This document shows, in pieces, positions 40,798-52,751 of a DNA stretch of 64,000 nucleotides. Source of the stretch: Opitutales bacterium (GTDB taxonomy: Bacteria; Verrucomicrobiota; Verrucomicrobiia; Opitutales; UBA2987); NCBI GenBank assembly GCA_965226885.1, contig CBDDEL010000015.1:544001-608000 (forward strand), given 5' to 3'. Under the pieces are notes generated by a model that did no database searches, was not told the origin of the DNA, and saw nothing but the letters and a program-made list of their open reading frames with translations. Each line of letters begins with the position of its first letter. The stretch's first letter is position 1. A program made the position numbers and the translations under genes.

Positions 40798-42919
40798 TTA
40801 TTTCACCTTTTCCTTCTCAACCGCAGTATTCCCCGTATCTACATAATAGTAATTAGTAATTTTGATATTTATTGTAATAATAATAATCGGAGCCCTTGGT
40901 ATCGACGAAGTTCAATATAAATCCGAAAACGTTGACTCCCCGCTGGTTAAGCCGCTCAAGGGAAGACCGCACCTGCCGGGCCTGAGTATAACCGGAGCGA
41001 ACCGTGAAAAGGACCCCGTCCACCCTGGTGGCAAAACTTGAGGTGTCTTCTGTTGCCAATAACGGAGCGGAATCGAAAATGACATAGTCATAACGTTCCT
41101 GTAATAGAAGGCAAATTTGTCCCATGCGGTCGCTCAAAAGCAATTCCCCAGGACGCTCCGGATATTCACCGGTGGAAATAAAATCGAGGTTTTCAATGCC
41201 GGTTTTCTGAATGGTTTCGGAAAGTGGCAGTTCTTCCAGGATAATTTCACTCAATCCTTTGGATTTATTCAGTTTGAATTCCTTGTAAAGCGCCCCACGG
41301 CGCAAATCCGCATCCACCAGGATGGTTTTGGAGGAGGTCAAAGCCAGCGTTATGGCCAGATTTGATGAGATGGTTGATTTTCCCTCGGAGGGAACAGCGC
41401 TGGTAACGATGAAGCTAGTCGGCTGCGCTCCTTCTTTTTCCATGAAGAGGATAGATGAACGCAAAGTGCGGCAAGCCTCCGCAAAAAGATAACGGGGGTC
41501 TTTGGGCTGGAGCAGGTCCATACCGGTTTTATGGGCCAGCTTCTGGTAAGGAATAATGCCCATGATGGGCAGATCGAAACGCCGGAACGCCGGGTTAGGT
41601 CTTCCCCAGAGATAATGCGGTTGTCCAGGGTTCCCAGAAGGAAAATCAGCCCAAAACCCAGAACGATGCCAGCCACCCCGCCCTGGACAAAATTACGGAC
41701 GATTTGCACCGGGATAGGATGAGCTGGGCTGGCGTCTTCAAATACGGCAATGGTTTCCTGGCCGAAATTTTCATTCAAGTCGAGGTTCTGAATGGTTTCG
41801 AGGAGGTTTTCATAAAGGTTGCGGGAGCGATTCAATCGGGATTGCAGACGTTCATACTCTGCCTGGCGCCGGCTGTAATCGAGGGCTGTCAATTCCACAT
41901 CCGAAATTAAAGCGGCCAAATTATCGATCTGGATCTTGAGAATGCTCTTTTGCGATTCCAGTTTTTTCAATCCCTGGCGACGATAAATTTCCAGGTAATT
42001 TTGAGTCCTTTCGATCTCGCCGTTAAGACCCATAATTTTGGGATGCCGGGGCTTCAAATAGATGGAAAATTCATCCTTCTCGGCCATTAGCTGATCATAG
42101 ATCGCTTTTTGCTGCCGGTACTGCGGACTTATCTCCTGAACGTTGCGGCTGACCAGATCGCTGTCCCCCTCAATTCCCTCGGGAATTCCACCGTCGAGGT
42201 ATTGATCGAGGCTGAGGGTCTCCAGCATCCGGAATTTTGTTTTCAGGTCGGCCATATTGCTCTTCAGCTTGACCAGATTGTAGCCGGCGGAGTCTCCCTC
42301 TTCTTTCACAAAAACCAGGTTGTTCTCTTTTTGGAATTCCACCAGAGCGCTTTCCTGATGGTCGATCTCCGTTTCCAGGCTCATCAGTTCCTCTTTAATT
42401 TTTAGCAGCGCCCTGCCGGAGGTATTGGACCGCGTCTCCTTTTTATAATTGGTATATTCCTCCATGCAGGCATCCAAAAAGGCGCGCGTGTATTGCGGTT
42501 CGCCACCTTCGGCCGTAAGGACAAAAATGGACGTCTCGGGCTGTTGGCCTACGCGCAATTGAATAAGAATCGGTTTGAGTTCAGGCCTCAAGGCGGCCAG
42601 TCGATCGCGGGCTCGGTTTTGCACAATAGGGCTGCGCATCAGCTCGCTTTGGGTTCCCCAGAAATAGGCCAGGGAATCCTTGATAACCTGGCTGTTGGGA
42701 AAGGATACCTGCGATTCCACAATCATTTTGCCCTGGCTGACGTATCGGGCCTCACGCTGCATTTCTTCATAGGCCTGATAACCAAGGCCAAGGCTCAGAG
42801 TTGGGATGAATATCCACCAATACTTCTTGAGCAATATCTTTCCCCCGGAAAAACCAGGCATGGAAGTTTTCCGACAATTCGGCGCTCTGTTCCTGTTCCT
42901 CGAAAGCGACTTCTTTCAT
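40798..42919 (-). pseudogene. wzc: Wzc/GumC-type polysaccharide co-polymerase tyrosine kinase, three lesions
   Basis: TSAVPSEGKST, DADLRR, DSAP and Tyr-rich tail. Lesions: extra G at 42842-42846, 8-bp duplication 41578-41593, 7-bp duplication 40848-40861. Repair gives one ORF from ATG 42919 to TAA 40798. Confidence 0.88.
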
Positions 42920-43872
42920 TGGATCATAAACCTTCGCTCTTTCACTCTGATGATATCGTCCGGCTCCACGGCTGGATCGAGACTACGCAACCCGTCTTCC
43001 AAGATGGCCTGCACATTGACTTCGACCATCCTTTCGCCTTCGGGCAGATTCGGATCGGCTTTTATCAATACAACCCTCTTCCGATTGGCATATTGTCCAA
43101 ACCCACCGGCCTGAAAAATAGCCTTGCTTACGGTGAAGTCCTCTTCGATGGGAATATCGTAATTGCCCGGGTTTTTGACTTCACCCCAAATATAGAATTG
43201 CCCCCCGGCCTGGGCAAGCTTTGGTACAAGAATATAATCCCCGTCCTTGAGCTCCATATCGTCGTCGAAATTGCCGGTGGTAAACATTTGATTGACATCG
43301 ATTTCAATCCTATCCTCCCCATCCTCGCTCTCGGGATTGTCGCGGATGAGAGTGACTTTTTCGGCATCAGCCCCCGATTTAAAACCGCCCGCGGCGTTCA
43401 CTGCGGCGCTCACCGTCAGGATATCGTCTGCCGGAAGCGGCAATGGGCCGGGATGCAGGACCTCTCCCAGCATGGTAATTTCGCCAAGATTATCGGTAAA
43501 TTGTGGGTAATCCACCAGGACCGTGGCCCGATAATAAAAATCCACTTCGAGCAATGATTTGATATCGTAGGCCAACTGCTGGCAGGTTTTCCCCACGGCA
43601 TCGACCTTGCCAAGCAAAGGAATATCAACCTCCCCCCGAGGATTTACAAGGAGCGCAAGCGGTCGTTCGCGATCTTCCTCCACCGTGTAAGTAAGACGAT
43701 TGCCTATGCGAATGAGCCGTTCCCGGTCGAGCAGACTCATCCGGTTGGGCACATCCGAAGTTATCGAATCCGCAGCCGCCATGGGAATTAACCGAGGAAA
43801 GAAAAGGAGGCCGGCCGCCAGGATAAATCTTCCAAAACGGATGTTGAGAAAACTTTCCGAGTTAAAAATCAT
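42916..43872 (-). CDS. Polysaccharide biosynthesis/export protein (Wza-like, SLBB domains)
   Basis: V...GEV.IPLLG.V...GKT; GEV..PG...A...AGGF SLBB motif twice. Confidence 0.9.
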   Translation of the reverse strand: MIFNSESFLNIRFGRFILAAGLLFFPRLIPMAAADSITSDVPNRMSLLDRERLIRIGNRLTYTVEEDRERPLALLVNPRGEVDIPLLGKVDAVGKTCQQLAYDIKSLLEVDFYYRATVLVDYPQFTDNLGEITMLGEVLHPGPLPLPADDILTVSAAVNAAGGFKSGADAEKVTLIRDNPESEDGEDRIEIDVNQMFTTGNFDDDMELKDGDYILVPKLAQAGGQFYIWGEVKNPGNYDIPIEEDFTVSKAIFQAGGFGQYANRKRVVLIKADPNLPEGERMVEVNVQAILEDGLRSLDPAVEPDDIIRVKERRFMIQ

Positions 43873-44318
43873 AATTTATGGAAAATTCAAATCGGTTCTG
43901 ATTGTAGCTTCTAGTCGGGATATTAGTCGGGATATTGGAAGTTTTTTCCGTATATCGGTATTCAAGGTTCCAGCTTATCGGATAATTTTTAAAATTGGCT
44001 CCGTAATTTATTTGCAGCATGCGGCGGTCATAGGATTCCGGGCTAAGGCCTCCGGAGTCCGTTCCACTTTCAAAGGAGACCAGACCGGTCACGGTAGTGC
44101 GGGTAAAGGGTGACCAATTGAATGAGTATTGCACGCGATTTACAAGCTGGGAGTTGGAAATAAGTCCCAAATTGTTTCGTCTATAATAAGCCAAAGCATG
44201 GCTGAATTTTCTGTTCAACTCGTGACGCAGCAAAATTTCCCCGTTTAAGCCGGAAACATCGCTATCATCATTGTTGGTTCCGGAGTTATCGAATAGGATC
44301 GAATTCCAGCCTAAGTTA
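43862..44318 (-). pseudogene. Outer-membrane beta-barrel protein of the EPS locus, 5'-truncated by IS
   Basis: Alternating beta pattern, C-terminal SINYDF, frame open up to the IS boundary, in-frame 12-bp duplication 43912-43935. Confidence 0.75.
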
Positions 44319-46135
44319 GAGGCTGTCCCAAAAGGGTGATTTTTGCGAGGGCTTTTGATAGGCGCTCATTTTAGAGGTATTTGCATTTGGGAGAGTATCA
44401 ACTTTGCTCTCCTATGACGTTAGGATACTGGTTTTGGGGTCCGGTTGCCTGGTTTTCTTTGTATGAGCCGACAGTAAGGCTGTGAAAAAGTATTGTCCTT
44501 GCTTTTCCGCTCTCTAGGCCGCCGCTTTGGTTTTTAGTTCGTCTTGCTGGGCCAGCATCTTGGCTACTTTCCATAGGTTGTGCGAGAGTACCGACCAGGC
44601 TACGCTGATCGAGCGGTTGGCAAAGCCTTTGCTGCGCAACCGCCCGGCCTGCCAGCGATTCTTCAATACCCCGATCCGCCCTTCGGTGCTGGCCCGGCGC
44701 TTTTGCAATTGTCTGAACAGTGGTTCCTCCATCCGTTTTTTCAACTGCTTCGGATCGCGTGGACAGAGCGCGTCGTAGATTCCCTCCTGGGCTAACTGCC
44801 GGCGGGCCCGCTGGGAGGCAAATCCCCGGTCCGCGCACATGGCCGCTATGGGTTCTTCCAGGTTGAAGCGGTTCTGTCTTTGCAAACTCTCTTGCATTTG
44901 TTCATTTTCGCTTGGAGTTCGGCTGCCGTAGAGTTTCCAGTCCAGCAGGTACCCTTCAACGCTTTCTCCCAAAAACAGGGTGTTGCCGAACTCGACCTCT
45001 TGGCCCGCTTTACCTCGCACAATCACCTGCCCATCGAGTTCGTAAACACTCAAGACTTTCTCTGCGTTTTTCACCTGGCGGCCGCCAATGATCCGCTCGT
45101 GCGCCTGTTTGATGACCACCGGGATTTGCTCGCTCATGCGCTCCATCCGGGCGAGGATCTGTTGGACCTGTTTTTCGCTGTAATCGCTTTGCTCCCAGCA
45201 GGCTTGCAATAATTCCCGGTGACTGCGGGCATGCTCCCCGATCCGTTTGAGCAGCTTTTTCATCTGCCTCAAGATACCCTTGCGCTGCCGCGCGCTGTCC
45301 TTTCGCCGCCGGCTGTGGGTCATCTGTATGCACAGCCGATTCATCTGCCGAGCCAAGGGCTCCGGTTCGATCGGCATGCGATGGCGCACACCGGCCTTCT
45401 CGCGGATCAGCCGGATCGCTTTGAGCAACGTGCCGGCTACATCCTTGAGTAATACCCAGTCCGTCGGCCAATGAATGTTAGCCTCCAAACAGGTGCCGTC
45501 GATCAGGCAAATGGTGGTGTCAATCGGCTTGTCCAATCCCACCTGCCGGGCCAGAAGGGCATCGCCCACCACCTCAGTCAAGGTCCGGTGCAAGGCCCTC
45601 AACTGCTCTTCGCTGAAAAACTTCGAGGCCCGCTCCAGGGTGCTTTTGGAGATGCCCCTGATGCCATCGATCTGCCGGACACGGCAAAAGTCGGCCAACA
45701 GATCGCTGCTGCCCAGAGCCCGCGACAAATGCCGAAACGAAATCCCTCCGAGCAGACGGCCCAGCGTATCCATGCGCAGTGCCTTGATGGCAAAACTGGC
45801 CCGCTGCCGCCGGGCCTTTAGACCCATTGGCGGCCACCCCTCCAAGGCCAGCTCAATGGCCTGCGATTCCACCTCCGAGTCGATCAGCAGCCGATCGATT
45901 CGATCAATGGTGGCGCGGAAGTTATCGTCATCGAGGCACCGGTCGACCACAGTTAAAGCTGGACGCAGGAGGCATTGGATGGCTATATTTTTCATAGAAA
46001 GGGCTATATTGATTTTCGCTAACTCAATTATAGAACCCTTTTTTGGCCGGATCGAGCAAAAACTTGCTCTTTCCGGCTCTTTTTATCAACGTCATCCAGT
46101 TGACTATAAAATCTTTATATTTTTGGGACAGCCTC
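44319..46135 (-). mobile_element. IS5/ISNCY-like element, copy 2 (1817 bp)
   Basis: Both IRs present; flanks do not match, so no TSD. Confidence 0.93.
44514..45995 (-). CDS. DDE transposase (IS5/ISNCY-like), intact
   Basis: IDGTCLEANIHWPTD, VRGKAG.EVEFG, ADRGF and RASTEGRIG motifs. Confidence 0.9.
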   Translation of the reverse strand: MKNIAIQCLLRPALTVVDRCLDDDNFRATIDRIDRLLIDSEVESQAIELALEGWPPMGLKARRQRASFAIKALRMDTLGRLLGGISFRHLSRALGSSDLLADFCRVRQIDGIRGISKSTLERASKFFSEEQLRALHRTLTEVVGDALLARQVGLDKPIDTTICLIDGTCLEANIHWPTDWVLLKDVAGTLLKAIRLIREKAGVRHRMPIEPEPLARQMNRLCIQMTHSRRRKDSARQRKGILRQMKKLLKRIGEHARSHRELLQACWEQSDYSEKQVQQILARMERMSEQIPVVIKQAHERIIGGRQVKNAEKVLSVYELDGQVIVRGKAGQEVEFGNTLFLGESVEGYLLDWKLYGSRTPSENEQMQESLQRQNRFNLEEPIAAMCADRGFASQRARRQLAQEGIYDALCPRDPKQLKKRMEEPLFRQLQKRRASTEGRIGVLKNRWQAGRLRSKGFANRSISVAWSVLSHNLWKVAKMLAQQDELKTKAAA

Positions 46136-46379
46136 CACCTACAGCGACTTTTGGAGCACTTATGATGAAGTCTTTCCTCATAACCGATCCGTGGGAAAAG
46201 AAACCGGTGAAACGGCCCATGTGGAACGATGGAACAATACCCTGCGCCAACGACTGGGTCGTTTCACACGCAAAACCCTCTCCTTTTCCAAGCTTAAGAG
46301 TATGCATGAAACCTGTCTGAGACTTTTCATTCATCAATATAATCAAGAATTAGCCACCATTCCTACTTAATACACTACC
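46136..46379 (+). mobile_element. IS1 right-end fragment
   Basis: Identical to the insB 3' end and right IR. Confidence 0.9.
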
Positions 46380-46466
46380 CCGGAATCATGGGTTCTCTGG
46401 GGATATTCGTATGCACCCTGACCCTGAAAATGACGCTCATGGTCATCTTCGGAGCATTCGGGCTAG

Positions 46467-48034
46467 CCCGGATATTTCATGAAGGGTAAAGTTTGGCTCG
46501 TTATTGCTATTGGAGATGGATTTCTTTGTATTTTGAGCAGATCGTCTTGATTTTTAGGTGTTTTTCAGGGTGTAGAGACACTGCCCCCTTTCCCCCATTG
46601 GTTCGGTAGTGCCGGGGGCAGCACCAATGCACCCTTTAGGTTGGCACCAATCGGCGGGCCGCATGGTTGAAAAGACTGGCCCAAGGATAACTCTCACTTA
46701 GGTGAAAGTGAATCGTTCGGGTGTTGCGCACGATGACCGCTCCGATCTTGATTAATTTGAGCCGCAGGGTGTGGCATTGGGCCCGCGCCCACTTCGTCCC
46801 TTTTAAGGCTAACCGGCGCATGGCTTCCATCAAGGTGTAGGCCAGCGCCGACAAGAGCAATCGCCACTGATTGGCCCACCATTGATGGGCGCTGGTGCGC
46901 TCGCTGAACAATTGCATCTGTTCCTTGATTCGGTTCTCCATTTCACCGCGGCCACAGTATACCTTGTCGTAAAGCTCCTGGGGATCGCCCGGCAGGTTCG
47001 TCACCACGAAGCGCGGGTTGGACCCCTGTGCGGTGTGTTCGGCTTTATGGATGACCAACCGCAGCCATCGCCACGAATCGGCAGCATAGACGAAGTCCTG
47101 GAATAACCGTTGTTTTTTACCCCTTAGTTCGAACCATTCTTTGGCCTGCTTTTGCAACTGCTGGGCGTCTTGCTGCAAGCGTGCATTGCGAGCCATCCCC
47201 ACGATGTAACTAACTTCGTTGCGGTCGCACCAAGAGAGTATCCGGTCTCGACAAAATCCACTGTCGGCGCGCCAAATAATCCGCGTACGGGGCCAGCTTT
47301 GGCGAATCCGTTTAACCAGCAATTTGAGGATGGCCCCGGCATGCTTGCTGGCATCGATCTTGCTCGGCCGCAGGTAGGCCACCAGCAGCTGATCACCGCA
47401 AAAAACATATAGCGGCAGAAAACAGTAATGATCATAATAACCGTGGAAAAAACGTCCCTCCTGGAGCCCGTGCACCGGATTGTCGGTGGCGTCAAAGTCC
47501 AGGATGATCTCTTCGGGTTCCTCGGCAAAGGAGCCCATGAACTGTTCGACCAACAGCTCGTTTACCGCAAAGGCCGCCCGCCGATCCTGCCCGTTTTCAA
47601 AACGACACAAAGTCGGCGCGCTGGCCAACGTTTCAATGCGCCCCGTTACCGTTTGCTAACAATGGATCGTGGCGCAGGGTATCAAAGTCGTTCAAATCCT
47701 CATAGCCCGCCACCAGCCCGTAAACGCGCTGCCGCAGCATCCCCAATACCTCATGGCGTACTTTGCCCTTCTGCCGTTTGTCCACTAACTGTCGGGCCGC
47801 TCGTTCGGTCAAGCCCAACTGCCGATCCACTTCCCGGATCAAAAGCAGTCCGGCATCCGAAGTAACCTCTCCGCCCTTGAAATCAACCCGCACACGGCGG
47901 CCTTTTACCCTTGTCAACTGTAGCTTTAATTGTTTACCTTTTGTCATCGCTGATATTGCTTTAATTATTGATCTATCCTGCTGTATATCAGCAGTTAAGC
48001 ATATCAACGATACTTTTTTTACGAAATATCCGGG
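46467..48034 (-). mobile_element. IS1380 copy with frameshifted transposase (46636-48007)
   Basis: 1568 bp; one extra T at 47657; flanks CTAG and TTAG. Confidence 0.92.
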
Positions 48035-48554
48035 TTAGCTGACCCTTAACACCATATCGTGTCGCGATCCCGTAGTTCGGCGCCATATGCCCGCGGTCAA
48101 AGCCACTATTGGTGTAATCATCATGACGAACTTGGGACAAGGTTCGCATATCGACCATAAAACGGGATGGCCGAGGCGGAGAAGAGACAGCACCAACCCT
48201 AAACATCCGATAAGCTACCCAAGCGGGGGTTTTCCTGGTCTCATCGTAACCGACGATATAGCCGGTATTTTCAAGGACCAGGAGTTGGTGAGGATAGTTG
48301 GTTGATCGAGGAATACCGGCATAAATGTGCAATGAATTTTTTTTGGCTGCTTCCAATACTCTTTTTGGAACAGTGATCGCGATGCTGTCAGTCCGGGAGG
48401 TCTGGTTCCCGTGCTTCGCTCTCTCCTGCCCACCGTGGTCACGTTTTAGAAGCCAGAAGCCCAACACACCACAGATGATCCCAAGGGTGAAGATCAAGAC
48501 ACCGCGGGAAGAACCAGATCGGTTGTAACATTGTTTGCAGGAGCGCAGCCTCAT
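48035..48554 (-). pseudogene. DNA/RNA non-specific endonuclease (NucA/EndoG type), 3'-truncated by IS1380
   Basis: Y.VGYD...K.PAWVAY and DY..SGFDRGHMAP motifs; cut at CTAA. Confidence 0.88.
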
Positions 48555-48676
48555 GGGAGAAACTTTAATTATTTACTAATAAAGAGTAAAGTTCTGATCA
48601 AGCTTCATGGATGTTGTAGGGCATGCACTCGCGTTATCTCAGGGTATAGTTTTTTTCAGGTGAAAACGGCCCCACA

Positions 48677-48830
48677 CCGCCACAAACTCCCATGGAACAA
48701 GCCCACCTGCCCCTCTTGTGGCATCAATTACCTCAATCCAGGGGCCAATATCATCTGTCCGGGTGTAAGGTTCCCATACCTGCACCTGATATTCTCCTAA
48801 ACTATTCCATAGGGTCAGCCGGCGATACCC
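48677..48830 (-). repeat. Diverged duplicate of the gene fragment at 51560-51710
   Basis: GEYQVQVWEPYTRTDDIGPWIEVIDATRGAGGLVP versus GEYQTEIWEPYTRPDDLGPWIEVIDAARGAGGLVP. Confidence 0.8.
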
Positions 48831-49590
48831 TGAAATCACTAATCTCCAGGTCCAGATTATGGTTTACCCGGAGGCCGGCATGGCCGTCACTGTTGAGTAG
48901 ATCAGAACGGGCAATGCTTTTCACCTCTTCCCCGTTTACATTGAATTGCATTTTGTCGGCACCCACAATCACCGACAATTGATTCGTAGCACGCCCTCCC
49001 TCGTCCTTCTTATTCACCGCGGCGTGCTCGGTCCAGTCCACAATAATGTGCGTATCTGCATCATCTCGCTGTTTAATGAGATACCTCCCGTCCTGTCGAA
49101 CTAGGAAGTAAAGATAGCGCTGGTTTGCTGCGTCCAGATCGCTGCCGCCAAAGAACACACCGTATGCCTCCGGATGTGCCAGTGCCTTTGCTTGCGTGAA
49201 GCTGCACTGCACTGTGTATTTACCCTGCCGAACATCAACCGCGCGGTAATAGATTGCCGCTGGCCCTGATACGATTTGATAGCCCTTCGCGCCTACCACG
49301 AACTTTAAGTTTGATGGGTCCGCTGTTGGTCTGTCCAGCCGGACGAGCCAACCTTCGGGCAAGTGGCCGTTGCCGATGATCTGGCGGTCAGGGTCGTGTT
49401 CATGCTTCTCATGGTGTTCAGCAAACAGCGGAGTTACCACCGCAAAGAGAAAAGTAAACGGAATGATTATACACATATAACCCTCCAAATCTGTAATCCT
49501 GGATGCATTGATCCGGTTTATCAAATGATGCGTATGAACTGTTGAAATTATCGCCATCTGGAGCTTTCGAGAACATTTTGCGCCTTTCAA
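48802..49590 (-). CDS. Secreted hypothetical protein, concanavalin/DUF1080-like beta sandwich
   Basis: Signal peptide after the Met near 49476; beta-rich; F.VNG.EV and G..GLRV pattern. Confidence 0.6.
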   Translation of the reverse strand: MKGAKCSRKLQMAIISTVHTHHLINRINASRITDLEGYMCIIIPFTFLFAVVTPLFAEHHEKHEHDPDRQIIGNGHLPEGWLVRLDRPTADPSNLKFVVGAKGYQIVSGPAAIYYRAVDVRQGKYTVQCSFTQAKALAHPEAYGVFFGGSDLDAANQRYLYFLVRQDGRYLIKQRDDADTHIIVDWTEHAAVNKKDEGGRATNQLSVIVGADKMQFNVNGEEVKSIARSDLLNSDGHAGLRVNHNLDLEISDFRVSPADPME

Positions 49591-49775
49591 TCCACTTTGG
49601 CAATCGTCAACCCTGCTAATTCAGGCAAAGAATCGCCCTGTCCCTGAGACAGTCCCCAAACTTGACGGACACCCAGAATTGTCGCGTTTCTTGCCTACTT
49701 ATTAATTGACTGAAATTCCCGTGGAATGTAGAAGTGGCGTTTCGGATACTCAAACATTCACTAGGAGAATATATC

Positions 49776-51329
49776 ATGTCTACAGTAACATTGTCACCGG
49801 CTGACATTCAGGCCTTCACTGCGGACGATTTCACCGCGCCCGCAGTCTTTACCAGCTTTTGTTCCAATGGCGGAAAACCGCTTAACGGTATGATCGGCGG
49901 AGAGCTTGTTTCCGGTTCGATGAACGCCATAGTTGAGGTGATTAACCCTGGTACAAAGGAAGTCCTCGCGACGGTTTCGGAGATGGGCTGGGATGAAGTG
50001 AACCTCGCCGTGGAGAGCGCTAATCGTGCCTACAACGGCGGCTGGAAAAACACATCCGTGGATGAGCGTGCAACGCTCCTCATGAAGCTTATCGAGCTCT
50101 TCGAACAAGATCTGGATGTTTTTCTGGCCTGTGAGATATTGAACGGAGGAAAGGTTTCGGAACTGGCAAATGGGGACGTAGGGGCCGTTCGGCCCTGTGC
50201 TGAGTATTTCATTGAGATCGCGCGGCAGATGCGCTTTGGCGACGGCGAGAAAATGGAGGTCATGGATGGTGTAGAGGGTTGTCCTTTTGTGGAACCATGG
50301 GGTGTGGTCGCCGGGATCATTCCCTGGAACTACCCGGTTGTACTGGCGGCATGGTTCATGATGCCCGCGCTTATGGCCGGGAACTGCATCATCATCAAAC
50401 CAAGTGAAGAAACGCCGCTCAGTGCCCTTTATATTGCCAAATTAGCACACGAAGCGGGTTTCCCGCCAGGTGTGATCAATGTCCTACCGGGGAGAGGCGA
50501 ACTGACGGGCAAGTTCATTGCCGAGCATCCGGGTGTCCGTTATATTGCCTTTACCGGTTCTCCGGGAGTGGGTCAGAGTATCCTGCGGGCCGCCGACAAG
50601 CATGGCACGCGGGTGAAACGCGAGATGGGCGGAAATGGTGCGGCCATAGTTTGTGCCGATGCTGATCCTGAACTGGTAGCTCGCTTGATTGGTAAGAACG
50701 CGAACCAGCACTATGGGCAAACCTGTTGTACGATCCATCGCGTATTTGCACAGCGTGAAATTTTCGATGATTTCATGGGCGCAACGGAAGCGTTCTTTAA
50801 CGAACTCAAGGTGGGCAATCAAGCGGTGGAGGGAACTCAGCTCGGCCCTGTGGTGAATTCCCGGCAACCTGTCCGCATCCTCGAAGGAATAGAGTTTGCC
50901 AAGGCGAACGGCGCGGAGGCGATCCTCGAAGGTGGCCGTGCCTCCGTATCCGGTTACGACGGGTTCTACATGAAGCCGACATTGCTTCGATCAGGGAAGG
51001 GTTCCGACTGCAACCCGAGGGAAGTCTTCCATACCTTCCTCAACGTTCAGCCGGTGGATTCAGTCGAACAGGCCATTCGATTCGCCAACAACACCCGCTA
51101 CGGTCTCGGTTCGAGCGTCTGGACCAAAGACCTGGAGCTTGGCACGCGTATCGCCAAACAGTTCAGGGACGGAACCGGTCAGGTAAACTGCCATAATACG
51201 ATCGCCTACGGCATGCCCTATGGTGGCCAGGGAATTTCCGGCGGTCCTGGTGGGGGTGTTAACTGTGCCGAAACGCTGCGCGATTACACCAAGACCAAGG
51301 CGATCTACGTGGCCAAGTATCCCGGTTAA
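49776..51329 (+). CDS. Aldehyde dehydrogenase family protein
   Basis: IIPWNYP, KPSEETP, FTGS, EMGGN and GQTCC motifs; AGGAG RBS. Confidence 0.95.
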   Translation: MSTVTLSPADIQAFTADDFTAPAVFTSFCSNGGKPLNGMIGGELVSGSMNAIVEVINPGTKEVLATVSEMGWDEVNLAVESANRAYNGGWKNTSVDERATLLMKLIELFEQDLDVFLACEILNGGKVSELANGDVGAVRPCAEYFIEIARQMRFGDGEKMEVMDGVEGCPFVEPWGVVAGIIPWNYPVVLAAWFMMPALMAGNCIIIKPSEETPLSALYIAKLAHEAGFPPGVINVLPGRGELTGKFIAEHPGVRYIAFTGSPGVGQSILRAADKHGTRVKREMGGNGAAIVCADADPELVARLIGKNANQHYGQTCCTIHRVFAQREIFDDFMGATEAFFNELKVGNQAVEGTQLGPVVNSRQPVRILEGIEFAKANGAEAILEGGRASVSGYDGFYMKPTLLRSGKGSDCNPREVFHTFLNVQPVDSVEQAIRFANNTRYGLGSSVWTKDLELGTRIAKQFRDGTGQVNCHNTIAYGMPYGGQGISGGPGGGVNCAETLRDYTKTKAIYVAKYPG

Positions 51330-51556
51330 CCAACGCTTCCGGGAGGATTGTCGCCCCGAGCATCGTAGTGCCCACAATTATTTCCCTGGACCTCTTACAC
51401 GCATAGGGAATCTTTGTAACGGTTAAGAAAAACAGAGGGCAGGTGAACATTTGGATAAAGGCTGCCAATTTCTAGCAACCGTTCTCGAAAGGGGGCGGCC
51501 TCTTTACCTTTTGATATTGGCCGAAAATAGGGTAGTGACCATTTATTAATTACCCC

Positions 51557-51919
51557 TTATACCGCCGTAAACTCCCTTGGAACAAGCCCACCTGCACCTC
51601 TTGCGGCATCGATCACCTCAATCCAGGGGCCAAGGTCATCTGGCCTAGTGTATGGTTCCCATATCTCAGTCTGATATTCCCCTGAACTATCCCATTGGGT
51701 CATCCTGAACTGCTCACCATCGAGGGTTGCTATCGGGTAATCCTGACACTGCCTTGGAATCCCCTTAGCCACGATTTTCAAGTCTGGGCGGCCTTATGCT
51801 CATGGGCTTTAAGGGTGTATTTCCAGGCGTTTTTCTGCCACACACGATGTTCATCCCACTCCGGCGAACTTCGCCAGCCCACATGCAATACATGAACGCC
51901 AGTGCCAACAGGCTGGGAG
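51557..51919 (-). pseudogene. Fragment of an unknown protein, truncated by IS1
   Basis: Paralogous to 48639-48839 with substitutions that conserve the protein sequence. Confidence 0.5.
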
Positions 51920-52740
51920 GGTAGTGTATTAAGTAGGAATGGTGGCTAATTCTTGATTATATTGATGAATGAAAAGTCTCAGACAGGTTTCATGCATACT
52001 CTTAAGCTTGGAAAAGGAGAGGGTTTTGCGTGTGAAACGACCCAGTCGTTGGCGCAGGGTATTGTTCCATCGTTCCACATGGGCCGTTTCACCGGTTTCT
52101 TTTCCCACGGATCGGTTATGAGGAAAGACTTCATCATAAGTGCTCCAAAAGTCGCTGTAGGTGGCACATCTTTTGTAGGCCCGTGGCAGACGCTCGTAAA
52201 GTTCCCGGCAACGATACCAATCCCGAGGCCCAATGGCATAGGAGAGGATTTGACGGGTGCGTCGGCAAAGAGCGATCCAAACCCATTGGGCATCGCTCTT
52301 GCGCCCCACAAAAGACCACAGTTCGTCCAGTTCAATGACATCATGGCGGCGGGCCGCAAGAATCGTGCTTTTGAGCGGTCGCAGCGATTGTCGTTTCTTT
52401 TAACCAACTCAAAACGGTGTTGGGACTCACCCCGAAGGCGCGCTGTAAACCGCGTAGACTGCTGCGTTCCTGATAGACTCGAAGGATCATTTCTTTTTGC
52501 TCTTCGGTGTATTTCACTGTGGGGTTTTCGCGGCTTTGTTTACCACAATCATGGCAGCGGTAGCGCTGTTTATGGTTGGGCGTCTTGCCAAATTTAATGA
52601 TATTTTCACTTCCACAGTGCCGACAATTAATAATTTTAGTAACCATGCACTAAGAATAAACTGCCTAACGCTATTTGTACAGCTAAAAATACAAAATAAC
52701 ATTCTTTTTTTATACACTACCTCTTTTTTTATACACTACC
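51920..52740 (-). mobile_element. IS1-family element, copy 3, with duplicated left IR
   Basis: 802 bp (51920-52721) plus a 19-bp tandem duplication of the IR (52722-52740); slippery A run interrupted by a G; no clean TSD. Confidence 0.92.
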
Positions 52741-52751
52741 GGCTGGTCTAG

